Part shown: positions 36,334-44,260 of the stretch, piece by piece
Layout of the letters: the number at the start of each line of letters is the position of its first letter
Numbering within the stretch: position 1 is the first letter of the stretch
Virus record (IMG/VR): IMGVR_UViG_3300042894_006602
Length of the DNA stretch: 46,072 nucleotides
Source of the DNA: a virus
Taxonomy: Duplodnaviria > Heunggongvirae > Uroviricota > Caudoviricetes
Strand: one strand, 5' to 3'
Notes under the pieces: model-generated
Told to the model about the DNA's origin: nothing
Database searches by the model: none
What the model saw: the letters and a program-made list of their open reading frames with translations, nothing else
Made by a program: the position numbers and the translations under genes

Positions 36334-36365
36334 AAAAAACCCAGTCAAATTGACTGGGTTTTTTT
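36334..36365. terminator. Bidirectional intrinsic terminator between convergent genes
   Basis: AAAAAACCCAGTCA-AAT-TGACTGGGTTTTTT perfect inverted repeat flanked by A and T tracts. Confidence 0.9.
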
Positions 36366-36378
36366 CTTAATGAGAGTA

Positions 36379-38259
36379 TTACTTAACTTCTTCAAAATCC
36401 GCATCCTGAACTTCATCGTTAGGATCAGAATCATCTGAATTGGTTGGTGCTTCCTGTGATTGTTGGTACAATCTGGTGGAAATTTGAGACCAAGCATCAT
36501 TTAAGTTTTGGATAGATTCGTCGATCTTTTCAACACTTTTTTCAGAATGAGCTGTTCTCAAATCAGACAACTTCTCGTTCAATGTTATCTTATCCTCAGC
36601 AGTAAGTTTTTCATCAAACTCTTTGATTTGTTTTTCCGTTTGGAAAATTAAAGAGTCAGCAGAATTTAATTTGTCAACCATTTCTCTTTCTTTAGCATCA
36701 GACTCAGCGTTTGCTTCAGCCTCTGCTTTCATTCTTTCAATCTCTTCTTTAGATAATTGAGAACCTCCTTCAATACGAATTTGATTTTCTTTACCAGTAG
36801 CTTTATCTTTAGCAGAAACTGAAAGTATACCGTTGGCATCAATGTCTAATGTTACTTCGACTTGAGGAACACCTCTCGGAGCTGGCATAATTCCATCTAA
36901 GTGGAAACGACCAAGTGAGCGGTTGTCACGAGCCATCGGTCTTTCACCTTGTAAAACGTGAATTTCAACAGACGGTTGATTATCAGAAGCTGTTGAGAAC
37001 GTTTCTGACTTACGGGTCGGAATTGTTGTGTTAGCTTCAATCAACTTAGTCATAACTGAACCCATTGTTTCAATACCAAGTGAAAGAGGAGTTACATCTA
37101 GAAGAAGGACGTCAGTAATTCCACCAGTCAATACAGCACCCTGAATAGCAGCACCTAAAGCAACTACTTCATCTGGGTTAACTGATTTGTTTGGCTTCTT
37201 ACCAATGAACTTTTCTACAGCCTCCTGAATTGCTGGAATTCTTGTAGAACCACCAACTAAGATAACTTCATCAATCTCAGATGGTTTAAGACCAGCATTT
37301 TTAAGGGCACTTTTTGCACAAGACACAGCTCTGTCTACAAGTTTAGCCGTCATTTGGTCAAACTGAGACTTTGTTAAACTTTTAACAAAGTGAAGAGGCA
37401 TGTTATCTCGAGCCGTAATGTAAGGAAGGTTAATCTCACTTTGAGAAGTAGAAGATAATTCAATCTTCGCTTTCTCAGCAGCATCTTTCAATCTTTGTAA
37501 AGCCATAGGATCTTTAGAAAGATCAATTGAATTTTCAGACTTGAACTCACTAACCATCCACTCGATAATCGCATTATCAAAGTCATCACCACCTAAGTGA
37601 GTATCACCGTCAGTAGATTTAACTTCAAATACACCATCACCGATTTCAAGAACAGACACATCATGCGTACCACCGCCGCAATCAAATACTAAGATTTTAG
37701 CATCTGTGTTTTTCTTATCTAAACCATAAGCCAGTGCCGCAGCTGTTGGCTCGTTGATAATTCTTTCTACTTTAAGTCCAGCGATTTCACCAGCCTCAAT
37801 AGTAGCGGTTCTTTCAGCATCACCGAAGTAAGCAGGAACAGTGATAACTGCTCTTTTCACTTCGTAACCTAAATAGTCTTCAGCAGTTTTTTTCATCTTT
37901 TGAAGAATCATAGCTGAAATTTCTTGTGGTGTGTAAATTCTATCATCGATTCTTACACCAGGAACATTAGACCCTGCATTAGTCACTTCGTAAGGAACAC
38001 GAGTTACTTCACCCTTACAAACTGAAAAATCTTTACCGATGAATCTCTTAATAGAGTAAACGGTTTTGTTTGGATTAGTTACCGCTTGTCTTTTAGCAGG
38101 GTCACCAATCTTTCTGTCTTTGTCGGTAAATCCAACTACCGACGGAGTTGTTCTCTTACCCTCAGCGTTAGTGATAACAATTGGCTCACCACCTTCTACC
38201 ACTGCAACACAAGAGTTTGTCGTACCTAAGTCAATTCCTATAATTACATCTTTTGCCAT
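36379..38259 (-). CDS. dnaK: Hsp70 chaperone DnaK
   Basis: [29 protein letters not shown]-like [25 protein letters not shown]. Confidence 0.98.
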   Translation of the reverse strand: MAKDVIIGIDLGTTNSCVAVVEGGEPIVITNAEGKRTTPSVVGFTDKDRKIGDPAKRQAVTNPNKTVYSIKRFIGKDFSVCKGEVTRVPYEVTNAGSNVPGVRIDDRIYTPQEISAMILQKMKKTAEDYLGYEVKRAVITVPAYFGDAERTATIEAGEIAGLKVERIINEPTAAALAYGLDKKNTDAKILVFDCGGGTHDVSVLEIGDGVFEVKSTDGDTHLGGDDFDNAIIEWMVSEFKSENSIDLSKDPMALQRLKDAAEKAKIELSSTSQSEINLPYITARDNMPLHFVKSLTKSQFDQMTAKLVDRAVSCAKSALKNAGLKPSEIDEVILVGGSTRIPAIQEAVEKFIGKKPNKSVNPDEVVALGAAIQGAVLTGGITDVLLLDVTPLSLGIETMGSVMTKLIEANTTIPTRKSETFSTASDNQPSVEIHVLQGERPMARDNRSLGRFHLDGIMPAPRGVPQVEVTLDIDANGILSVSAKDKATGKENQIRIEGGSQLSKEEIERMKAEAEANAESDAKEREMVDKLNSADSLIFQTEKQIKEFDEKLTAEDKITLNEKLSDLRTAHSEKSVEKIDESIQNLNDAWSQISTRLYQQSQEAPTNSDDSDPNDEVQDADFEEVK

Positions 38260-38287
38260 ATTTTATTTATTTTTTAGTTATGCTTTG

Positions 38288-38337
38288 TCAAATTGTGTGC
38301 CATCATTTTTTACTGACATAATGACAGTCTGATGACA
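38288..38337 (-). promoter_or_regulatory. Sigma54-like promoter (TGGCAC-N5-TTGA) with three upstream TGTCA direct repeats, ahead of dnaK
   Basis: The minus strand reads TGTCA-tcagac-TGTCA-tta-TGTCA-gtaaaaaatga-TGGCAC-acaat-TTGA. The sigma54 consensus is TGGCAC-N5-TTGC. Confidence 0.55.
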
Positions 38338-38384
38338 GACACTTATTTTATAGTATTCTATTCAAAAAAGTTTATATATACATT

Positions 38385-38669
38385 ATGAAATTTTTAAAAG
38401 AATTTTCAAATTGGAATCCAGTAATCAATAAAGATGTTGAAGAATTTATTCAAAAAAATAAAACTCATCTTATGCATCTTTGGAATAAAGATAAATCAGA
38501 AGAAGAAAATATTGAACTTCTAACAAAGTATTTTAGAGAGTTTCCTGAATTAATGAACGATACCGTTGATTTAAAAAATATGACAATTCCACAAACAAAA
38601 TTTGGTATTAAAAATTCAGCACCTATTCTACAGAATATCGGAGGTGTTGCAGATTTTAGAAGTTTTTAA
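38385..38669 (+). CDS. Hypothetical protein (94 aa), weak leader MKFLKEF
   Basis: ORF track, with TTTATATATA at 38371..38380. Confidence 0.7.
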   Translation: MKFLKEFSNWNPVINKDVEEFIQKNKTHLMHLWNKDKSEEENIELLTKYFREFPELMNDTVDLKNMTIPQTKFGIKNSAPILQNIGGVADFRSF

Positions 38670-38707
38670 GCTAAACCATATTTAATTAAAAGAACTGGTC
38701 CTTCTGT

Positions 38708-39433
38708 CTAAATCTGTTTAGATTTTTCGACATTAAAATCAACGTCATACGTCCTTAACTCAAAACCTCTCCTCTCAGGGTTAAAAATATGATCATTTAT
38801 AAAGTTATAACAATCTTCACCAGTTATTTCTTCTTTCTTCTTTTTAAGATATAAAGCACAGTCAATAAGAAAATTATCAATTTCTTCTTTTTCTAAATCA
38901 AAACTATTAATTGATTTTAATTTAGTTTCAAGTGTTTCACCGCCGATTTGAGTCCAACCAGAATTTAATCCGATAGCATCTAAAAAATGTTCGACTAAAT
39001 AAATATCACCACCCCATTCATCAAAGTCACTTCCAAATGATTCCCAAATAGTTGAATTAGGACAAATTCCAATTTTGACACCATCAAATGGAACTACTTC
39101 ATAAACAGTATCTCCATAAGTTCCTGTTGCTGTGCCAGGAGTTCCACCAATAACACATCTATCATACCTTGGATAATCTTTCCAACTTGGAAGATTAGAC
39201 ATCAATTCTAAGTGTATATTTGTGTCTTCAATTGAACTTCTAAAATCTCCTAATTTTGGATCTACAAAAACATAGTCTCCTAAATCCGGCATACCTCTAA
39301 AAAGTTCAGTTTCAACTTTAGTCCAGTTTTTACAATTCTCTTTTCTGATTTTATCAAATTCAGACTCAGTAATGGTTTTAGAACCAAACTTATTATAATT
39401 TTCAAATATTTTATATGACTTCAAGTATTTCAT
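38708..39433 (-). CDS. Leader-bearing protein (MKYLKSYKIFE), putative ADP-ribosyltransferase-like fold
   Basis: ELFRG, YPRYDRCVIGGT, YGDTVYEVVPFDGVKIGIC. Paralogue of 41198..42007. Confidence 0.55.
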   Translation of the reverse strand: MKYLKSYKIFENYNKFGSKTITESEFDKIRKENCKNWTKVETELFRGMPDLGDYVFVDPKLGDFRSSIEDTNIHLELMSNLPSWKDYPRYDRCVIGGTPGTATGTYGDTVYEVVPFDGVKIGICPNSTIWESFGSDFDEWGGDIYLVEHFLDAIGLNSGWTQIGGETLETKLKSINSFDLEKEEIDNFLIDCALYLKKKKEEITGEDCYNFINDHIFNPERRGFELRTYDVDFNVEKSKQI

Positions 39434-39924
39434 TTAATAAAATTTATTCGACTTTTTTTGGGGTAATCTATTGTTAAACATCTACCTCCACTTCCAAAAG
39501 CATCGTCATAAGAAATCTCTTCTATTTCAAAATATCCAAATTTAGAATAAAACTTATTAAAATCACTTTCTGAAATTATGTTTGGCTTTATTTGTGATTT
39601 TAATGCCTCTGATTCATTTTGATTTCTCCATCTTTTAGAGACACCATTATCAGAATAAACAAAGTCAATTAAATAACCATTTACTTTTATGATAATATGG
39701 TCTTCAATTTCATCAGCTTCGATAAAATCTTCATCAAGTTTTAGATATAATAAGTCGCAATTAATTTTGTTTTTGACACACCATTCATAAAAGTCTTTAG
39801 CAAAAAAAGCACAATTGCCTAAAGATTTTTCTAAGTCATATTCAGATTCAGAGATGTATTTTTCTACTATACTCTCAATTTCTTGAACAGATTCAAACAC
39901 TTTATATGTTTTAAGCCACTTCAT
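39430..39924 (-). CDS. Leader-bearing protein (MKWLKTYKVFE) with a papain/transglutaminase-like Cys-His-Asp pattern
   Basis: LGNCAFFA...DHIIIKVNGYLIDF. Confidence 0.55.
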   Translation of the reverse strand: MKWLKTYKVFESVQEIESIVEKYISESEYDLEKSLGNCAFFAKDFYEWCVKNKINCDLLYLKLDEDFIEADEIEDHIIIKVNGYLIDFVYSDNGVSKRWRNQNESEALKSQIKPNIISESDFNKFYSKFGYFEIEEISYDDAFGSGGRCLTIDYPKKSRINFIK

Positions 39925-40180
39925 CTATTAGTTCTGCCAATTTTATATCTTTTTCAGTTATAACATCTCCAGCATCATGTGTTGATAATTTTAGAGTTAT
40001 CTTATTATATAGCCAGTTTATTTCAGGATGGTGATTTTCGGATTCACATATAACTGCAATCTTATTTATGAATTCAAATGCCTGTTGAAAATCACTAAAT
40101 TCAAATTCTCTTTGAAGTTTGCCATCAACTTTTGACCAATTTGATTGGAAAAAACCTTCGTATGTTTTTATATTTTTCAT
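39911..40180 (-). CDS. phhB: Pterin-4-alpha-carbinolamine dehydratase with an N-terminal leader (MKNIKTYEGFF)
   Basis: W...LQREFEFSDFQQAFEF...ENHHPEI..YNKITLKLSTHDAG..ITEKDIKLAELID. Confidence 0.9.
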   Translation of the reverse strand: MKNIKTYEGFFQSNWSKVDGKLQREFEFSDFQQAFEFINKIAVICESENHHPEINWLYNKITLKLSTHDAGDVITEKDIKLAELIDEVA

Positions 40181-40728
40181 GCTTCTATTCCACCAAGTGC
40201 TTTAATTTTAACAATTATATTTCTAATGCAATTGACATTCGATCCGTATTGAATATTTTTAACGGTCTTATTAACCATTTTATTTATATCAGAAAATTCT
40301 GTGTCCCAAGACCTTCCCTCGGACATACCTCTGCCTATAAAAAATGTCATTTGACAATCAAATCCTTCAAGTGTCTCTTGACACTCTTTCATTATAGAAT
40401 TAACTTCATCATCTGAGATTGCACCAAATTCAACACCAATTAAATTTCCTTTTACTTCAACTGGTGAATATTGTAAATGAAAAAAGAATATGTTTTCAGC
40501 TACATAAAATTTACCCATATCTGATCTTCCTGAACTATATTCTTCTTTAGTAACTTTTTCAATTGATGTGAATATACCATCTGTAGTATTTCCAGTTAAA
40601 TCAGATTTAATTTTTTCAACGTCAGTTAGTGGTAACAAACAATCCAAAATATGTCTTATTGATATTGGATCATAATTTTTCTTCTTAAAAAAATCAAAAA
40701 ATCCTTCGTATGTTTTAATATTCTTCAC
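40177..40728 (-). CDS. Leader-bearing hypothetical protein (GTG start, MKNIKTYEGFF)
   Basis: The first 11 aa are identical to those of the adjacent dehydratase. Confidence 0.75.
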   Translation of the reverse strand: MKNIKTYEGFFDFFKKKNYDPISIRHILDCLLPLTDVEKIKSDLTGNTTDGIFTSIEKVTKEEYSSGRSDMGKFYVAENIFFFHLQYSPVEVKGNLIGVEFGAISDDEVNSIMKECQETLEGFDCQMTFFIGRGMSEGRSWDTEFSDINKMVNKTVKNIQYGSNVNCIRNIIVKIKALGGIEA

Positions 40729-41201
40729 AACTTTATTATTAATTTTAATCCAGTAAAAGAAATAAAATCACCTAAAGTAAAATCTTCTGCTTTGTGCCAT
40801 CCTATACCAAACTCGGTTCCACCATTTTTCATTCTAAATGGTGATTTTTTTCTTTGTATTGGATGACAAGTTCTATTGTCAATTGGATCTAATTTAGTTT
40901 CTGAATAAACATACTCACATAGTCTTATAATAGTATCTTTTATTTCAAACCATAAAAATAAATTATTTGAGTATCCACTACCTGGAGGAGTAGGAGCTCC
41001 TGGAATCTCTCTGGTTTTTCTTGAGTCTAAATAAGAACCTCTCGTTATATAAACTTCTAAATGATTATCGAGGTATGGAAAACCATCTACTTCTTTGATT
41101 TCAACATTGAAATTACTATCATCAGTTATATCTAATAATATATCTCTTACTGTTTGCTCAGATACGGACTCAAATAATTTATATTTTTTTAAATATCTCA
41201 T
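40725..41201 (-). CDS. Leader-bearing protein (MRYLKKYKLFE), IxDxLxxLxD paralogue family
   Basis: TVRDILLDITDDSNF...EIKDTIIRLCEYV. Confidence 0.75.
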   Translation of the reverse strand: MRYLKKYKLFESVSEQTVRDILLDITDDSNFNVEIKEVDGFPYLDNHLEVYITRGSYLDSRKTREIPGAPTPPGSGYSNNLFLWFEIKDTIIRLCEYVYSETKLDPIDNRTCHPIQRKKSPFRMKNGGTEFGIGWHKAEDFTLGDFISFTGLKLIIKL

Positions 41202-42007
41202 AAATTTTCAGACCATATTTTTAATAATCTCAAAGCCTCTTCTCTTTTAATGTCATAAGGCAAATGATCTTGTATTCTCAACATTTTTCTACCTTCAGTA
41301 GAGTTATAGAAAAGACCTATTTTATCTCTATCTGCACCTATATTATCAAAATCATCTGGTGTTAAAAGTGCTTGCTTTTTATAAGCCTTTGCTTCCTTTG
41401 GTTGTTTTGCTTCTATTGGCTTCTCGGAAACTTTGACAGTATCATTTGTCCAAGCAAATAGGGGAAGTTTTCCCCAGTAAGGTGAGTTCATCAAGTCAGC
41501 TAACTTACCAAAGCCAATCATTTGGTCTTTGATTAAAATATTTGCAGATTCCTTACTAGCTTCTGGACTATCTTGATAACTACCACTTTCAGGTTTTATT
41601 TCAAAAAGTTCTGAACTTAATAATTGTTTTACTTTATCGTTTCTTTCCACTTTGTTATGAAATTGATAAGCTCTAAAAAACCAATCATTTATAGGCATTA
41701 CAAAACACCAGCCTAATAATGAATTATCATCAACTTTTATATTATAAAGATTTTTTCCATAAAGTGAAGTTAAATGAGGATTGTCACCATAAGATACTTC
41801 ATCCATAAAATGAACACATCTGTTCTTATCTGGAAAACCCATATCAACTAAAATATCATTAAATAATTCAGGACCAACCATTCTTCTTTCAGTCGGTGTG
41901 AATTCAACTTCTGATTCGCCATTTAGTAAATCAACATGACTAAATCTTATGAAGATTGGATTATCAACATAAGCCTCAAATAATTTATATGACTTTAAAT
42001 ATTTCAT
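41198..42007 (-). CDS. Leader-bearing protein (MKYLKSYKLFE), putative ADP-ribosyltransferase-like fold
   Basis: IFIRF, FPDKNRCVHF, YGKNLYNIKVDDNSLLGWC. Paralogue of 38708..39433. Confidence 0.5.
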   Translation of the reverse strand: MKYLKSYKLFEAYVDNPIFIRFSHVDLLNGESEVEFTPTERRMVGPELFNDILVDMGFPDKNRCVHFMDEVSYGDNPHLTSLYGKNLYNIKVDDNSLLGWCFVMPINDWFFRAYQFHNKVERNDKVKQLLSSELFEIKPESGSYQDSPEASKESANILIKDQMIGFGKLADLMNSPYWGKLPLFAWTNDTVKVSEKPIEAKQPKEAKAYKKQALLTPDDFDNIGADRDKIGLFYNSTEGRKMLRIQDHLPYDIKREEALRLLKIWSENL

Positions 42008-42012
42008 TAAGA

Positions 42013-42420
42013 CTATATATTAAAAAATACAGCCAAATTTACGATTGCTGTTGTTGAAGTTTGAAACCAATCGTCTAAATGGTCATAATCTTTTTCATCT
42101 ATATAAACTTCTATTCTTTTCGGGTCATTTTCAAAGACGACACCACATTTGAACCATCTATCATCTAAGTAAGATTTAATCTGAAGTAGTTCATCTTTTA
42201 CATCTGAGAATTTAAAACGGTTATGTTCAGCAATTATGAAATAAGGAGTGTGTTTAGAAATTCCTATATCTTGACTCAAACCGTTATTTGAAATGGTGTA
42301 GAAAAATCCTCTATCCTGTAATTCTAAAAGTGTATCTGAAATAAAATTCTTATCTTCTTCAAATTGAAGAATGTTAATTTGAGATTCATTAAAATTTTGA
42401 TATGTTTTTAACTTTTTCAT
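42013..42420 (-). CDS. Leader-bearing protein (MKKLKTYQNFNE), IxDxLxxLxD paralogue family
   Basis: FISDTLLELQDRGF...FKFSDVKDELLQIKSYL. Confidence 0.75.
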   Translation of the reverse strand: MKKLKTYQNFNESQINILQFEEDKNFISDTLLELQDRGFFYTISNNGLSQDIGISKHTPYFIIAEHNRFKFSDVKDELLQIKSYLDDRWFKCGVVFENDPKRIEVYIDEKDYDHLDDWFQTSTTAIVNLAVFFNI

Positions 42421-43439
42421 TTTTGTATTAACATTTGATATTCAACTTCATAGATATCAATAATTGGAATAGTAACTTGACGTTTTTCTTCTTTTCTAAA
42501 ATTGGTGCCGACAACATAACCATAACTTCCAACAAATTCCTTTATTGTAGAAATTACACCATCTATTAAACTCTCATTAGAGTTCCATAAGGTCCTACAA
42601 CATTTAATATTTAGAAATAACTTAGGTGTCTTTTCTATACCCATCAAAGTCCGTAGTGTATAATTTATACTTGTAAAAATTTCTAAACCATCTAATTCCA
42701 ATTCCAATAACATATCTTTTACATTACTTATGATTGAGTCACATTCTTCTAATGCTTCTAAACCATACTTTTTAATCATCCTTTCTCTAAGAATGTCTTC
42801 TTCAGTAGATTCATTTGTTTTGATATCTTTTTCAACAAACTTAACTAGCAGTTGGTCAAATTGATAGTCGATTTCTTCTCCCGATATAGTTACTAATTTA
42901 TCACCATCTAATTTACAATAAAGAGGACCGGCTGCAATATGAGTAAATTCCATATTTAAGATTTCCCAACCTTGGTCATCCATATAATGAACCATATCTA
43001 ATAGTTCTTCTTTTATTTCTGGATAAGTAAATCCTGCACTTGAGCCTCTTTTAACAATATTCGCAACTATACATTGATTTTCTCTACTTATAATTTCATC
43101 CGCAATCTGAACATTGAAATCTTTATCCCATAAACTCAAAGATAGATCTCTAAGAACATCCATATATTCTTTCATTTCATACCAATTTGATTCAAGTAAT
43201 TTAGATTTTTTTCTTTTATTCATTAAATCTTTAATGAATTTTTTAATCTCATCATCATGTTCTTTTTCAGGAAGAAAAGCATAACCTCTCATTCTAGAAG
43301 ACCATTTTATCTGACCAATTACTTCACCATCTTTAATAACATTATAAGTTTCTGTTTTAGCTCCTTTTTTAGAAGTTTGTTTAGTAAACTTTAATGAAGA
43401 CTTAGATTCAAATAATCTATATGTTTTTAAATATTTCAT
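42417..43439 (-). CDS. Leader-bearing three-module protein (MKYLKTYRLFE) with internal KLLES and KTNES junctions
   Basis: Two copies of the IxDxLxxLxD module (VLRDLSLSLWDKDF; NVKDMLLELELDGL). Confidence 0.75.
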   Translation of the reverse strand: MKYLKTYRLFESKSSLKFTKQTSKKGAKTETYNVIKDGEVIGQIKWSSRMRGYAFLPEKEHDDEIKKFIKDLMNKRKKSKLLESNWYEMKEYMDVLRDLSLSLWDKDFNVQIADEIISRENQCIVANIVKRGSSAGFTYPEIKEELLDMVHYMDDQGWEILNMEFTHIAAGPLYCKLDGDKLVTISGEEIDYQFDQLLVKFVEKDIKTNESTEEDILRERMIKKYGLEALEECDSIISNVKDMLLELELDGLEIFTSINYTLRTLMGIEKTPKLFLNIKCCRTLWNSNESLIDGVISTIKEFVGSYGYVVGTNFRKEEKRQVTIPIIDIYEVEYQMLIQK

Positions 43440-44260
43440 AGTTTAATTAACCAAATTTTAGGATTTATTCCACTTAAAACATAGTAAGACATTCTTCGGT
43501 TACCACCAACTAAATACAATTTACCACCGATTTCGATAGCAGATGAAAGTGGCATTTCACCACCTCTGCCAATATGTTCATCAAAGAAATCAAAAGAACC
43601 TCCATAATAACTAACAAATTGACAAGCTTCTTGATAAGCTTGTTTATCAATATCCGGAAAATCTTTAAATACTTGTTCGGTATTTAATCTATCTTCTGCT
43701 CCTTTTTCTTTTAAGAAATCCATAGTTTTATCATAACTAACTTTTAGTCTTTGATACTCACCAGCATCTTTTAAGAATTGTGCAAAATCACCACGACCAA
43801 TTGTCTGAGAATCATCTGCCAATTTCTTCACACCTGATTCATCTAATTGAATTATTTCACCGTTCCAAAATAACTTTCTACATAACTTTATAAATTCATA
43901 GTAAGGTTTAGCATCTACTTTTTCACCATTTTTAAGTGTGTATGTTGTTTTTCTTAATAAATCTTCAGATGTAGTTCTTAGTTCTTTAGAAGGATCTGTG
44001 TGGTTTCCATTGATATTTTCAACTTGCTGTTCAAATTCTTCTGGTTCAAAATCCATAGCTTTTCCTACAGTTCCAAAGATTGATTTATCTATTGTGAACT
44101 TTTCACCATCAATAATAAATTCTTCTGGAAGTTCATCTCTTAAGTCATTGAATACTCTAAACATTTCTTTAACTTCAAATTCAGATTGACCCCAATTTAT
44201 TTTAGTTTCTTTTGAGACAAACTCTTCTGTAATAAATTCTAAATATCTTTTAATCTTCAT
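43436..44260 (-). CDS. Leader-bearing protein (MKIKRYLEFITE) with a C-terminal ParB/Sulfiredoxin-like motif
   Basis: MPLSSAIEIGGKLYLVGGNRRM. Confidence 0.6.
   Translation of the reverse strand: MKIKRYLEFITEEFVSKETKINWGQSEFEVKEMFRVFNDLRDELPEEFIIDGEKFTIDKSIFGTVGKAMDFEPEEFEQQVENINGNHTDPSKELRTTSEDLLRKTTYTLKNGEKVDAKPYYEFIKLCRKLFWNGEIIQLDESGVKKLADDSQTIGRGDFAQFLKDAGEYQRLKVSYDKTMDFLKEKGAEDRLNTEQVFKDFPDIDKQAYQEACQFVSYYGGSFDFFDEHIGRGGEMPLSSAIEIGGKLYLVGGNRRMSYYVLSGINPKIWLIKL

Noticed and set aside
36228-36335. Possible short ORF or readthrough after 35804..36241 (MNGDDLFLLRDF...)
   Set aside because: It is about 35 codons with no motif or upstream signal, and in-frame readthrough meets further stops at once.
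22221-38259. Interpretation of the window as a bacterial chromosome because of dnaK, nusG and prkA
   Set aside because: These genes lack their usual bacterial neighbours (secE/rplK for nusG, grpE/dnaJ for dnaK) and sit among T4-type topoisomerase, RNase H, RNA ligase, endolysin and fibre genes.
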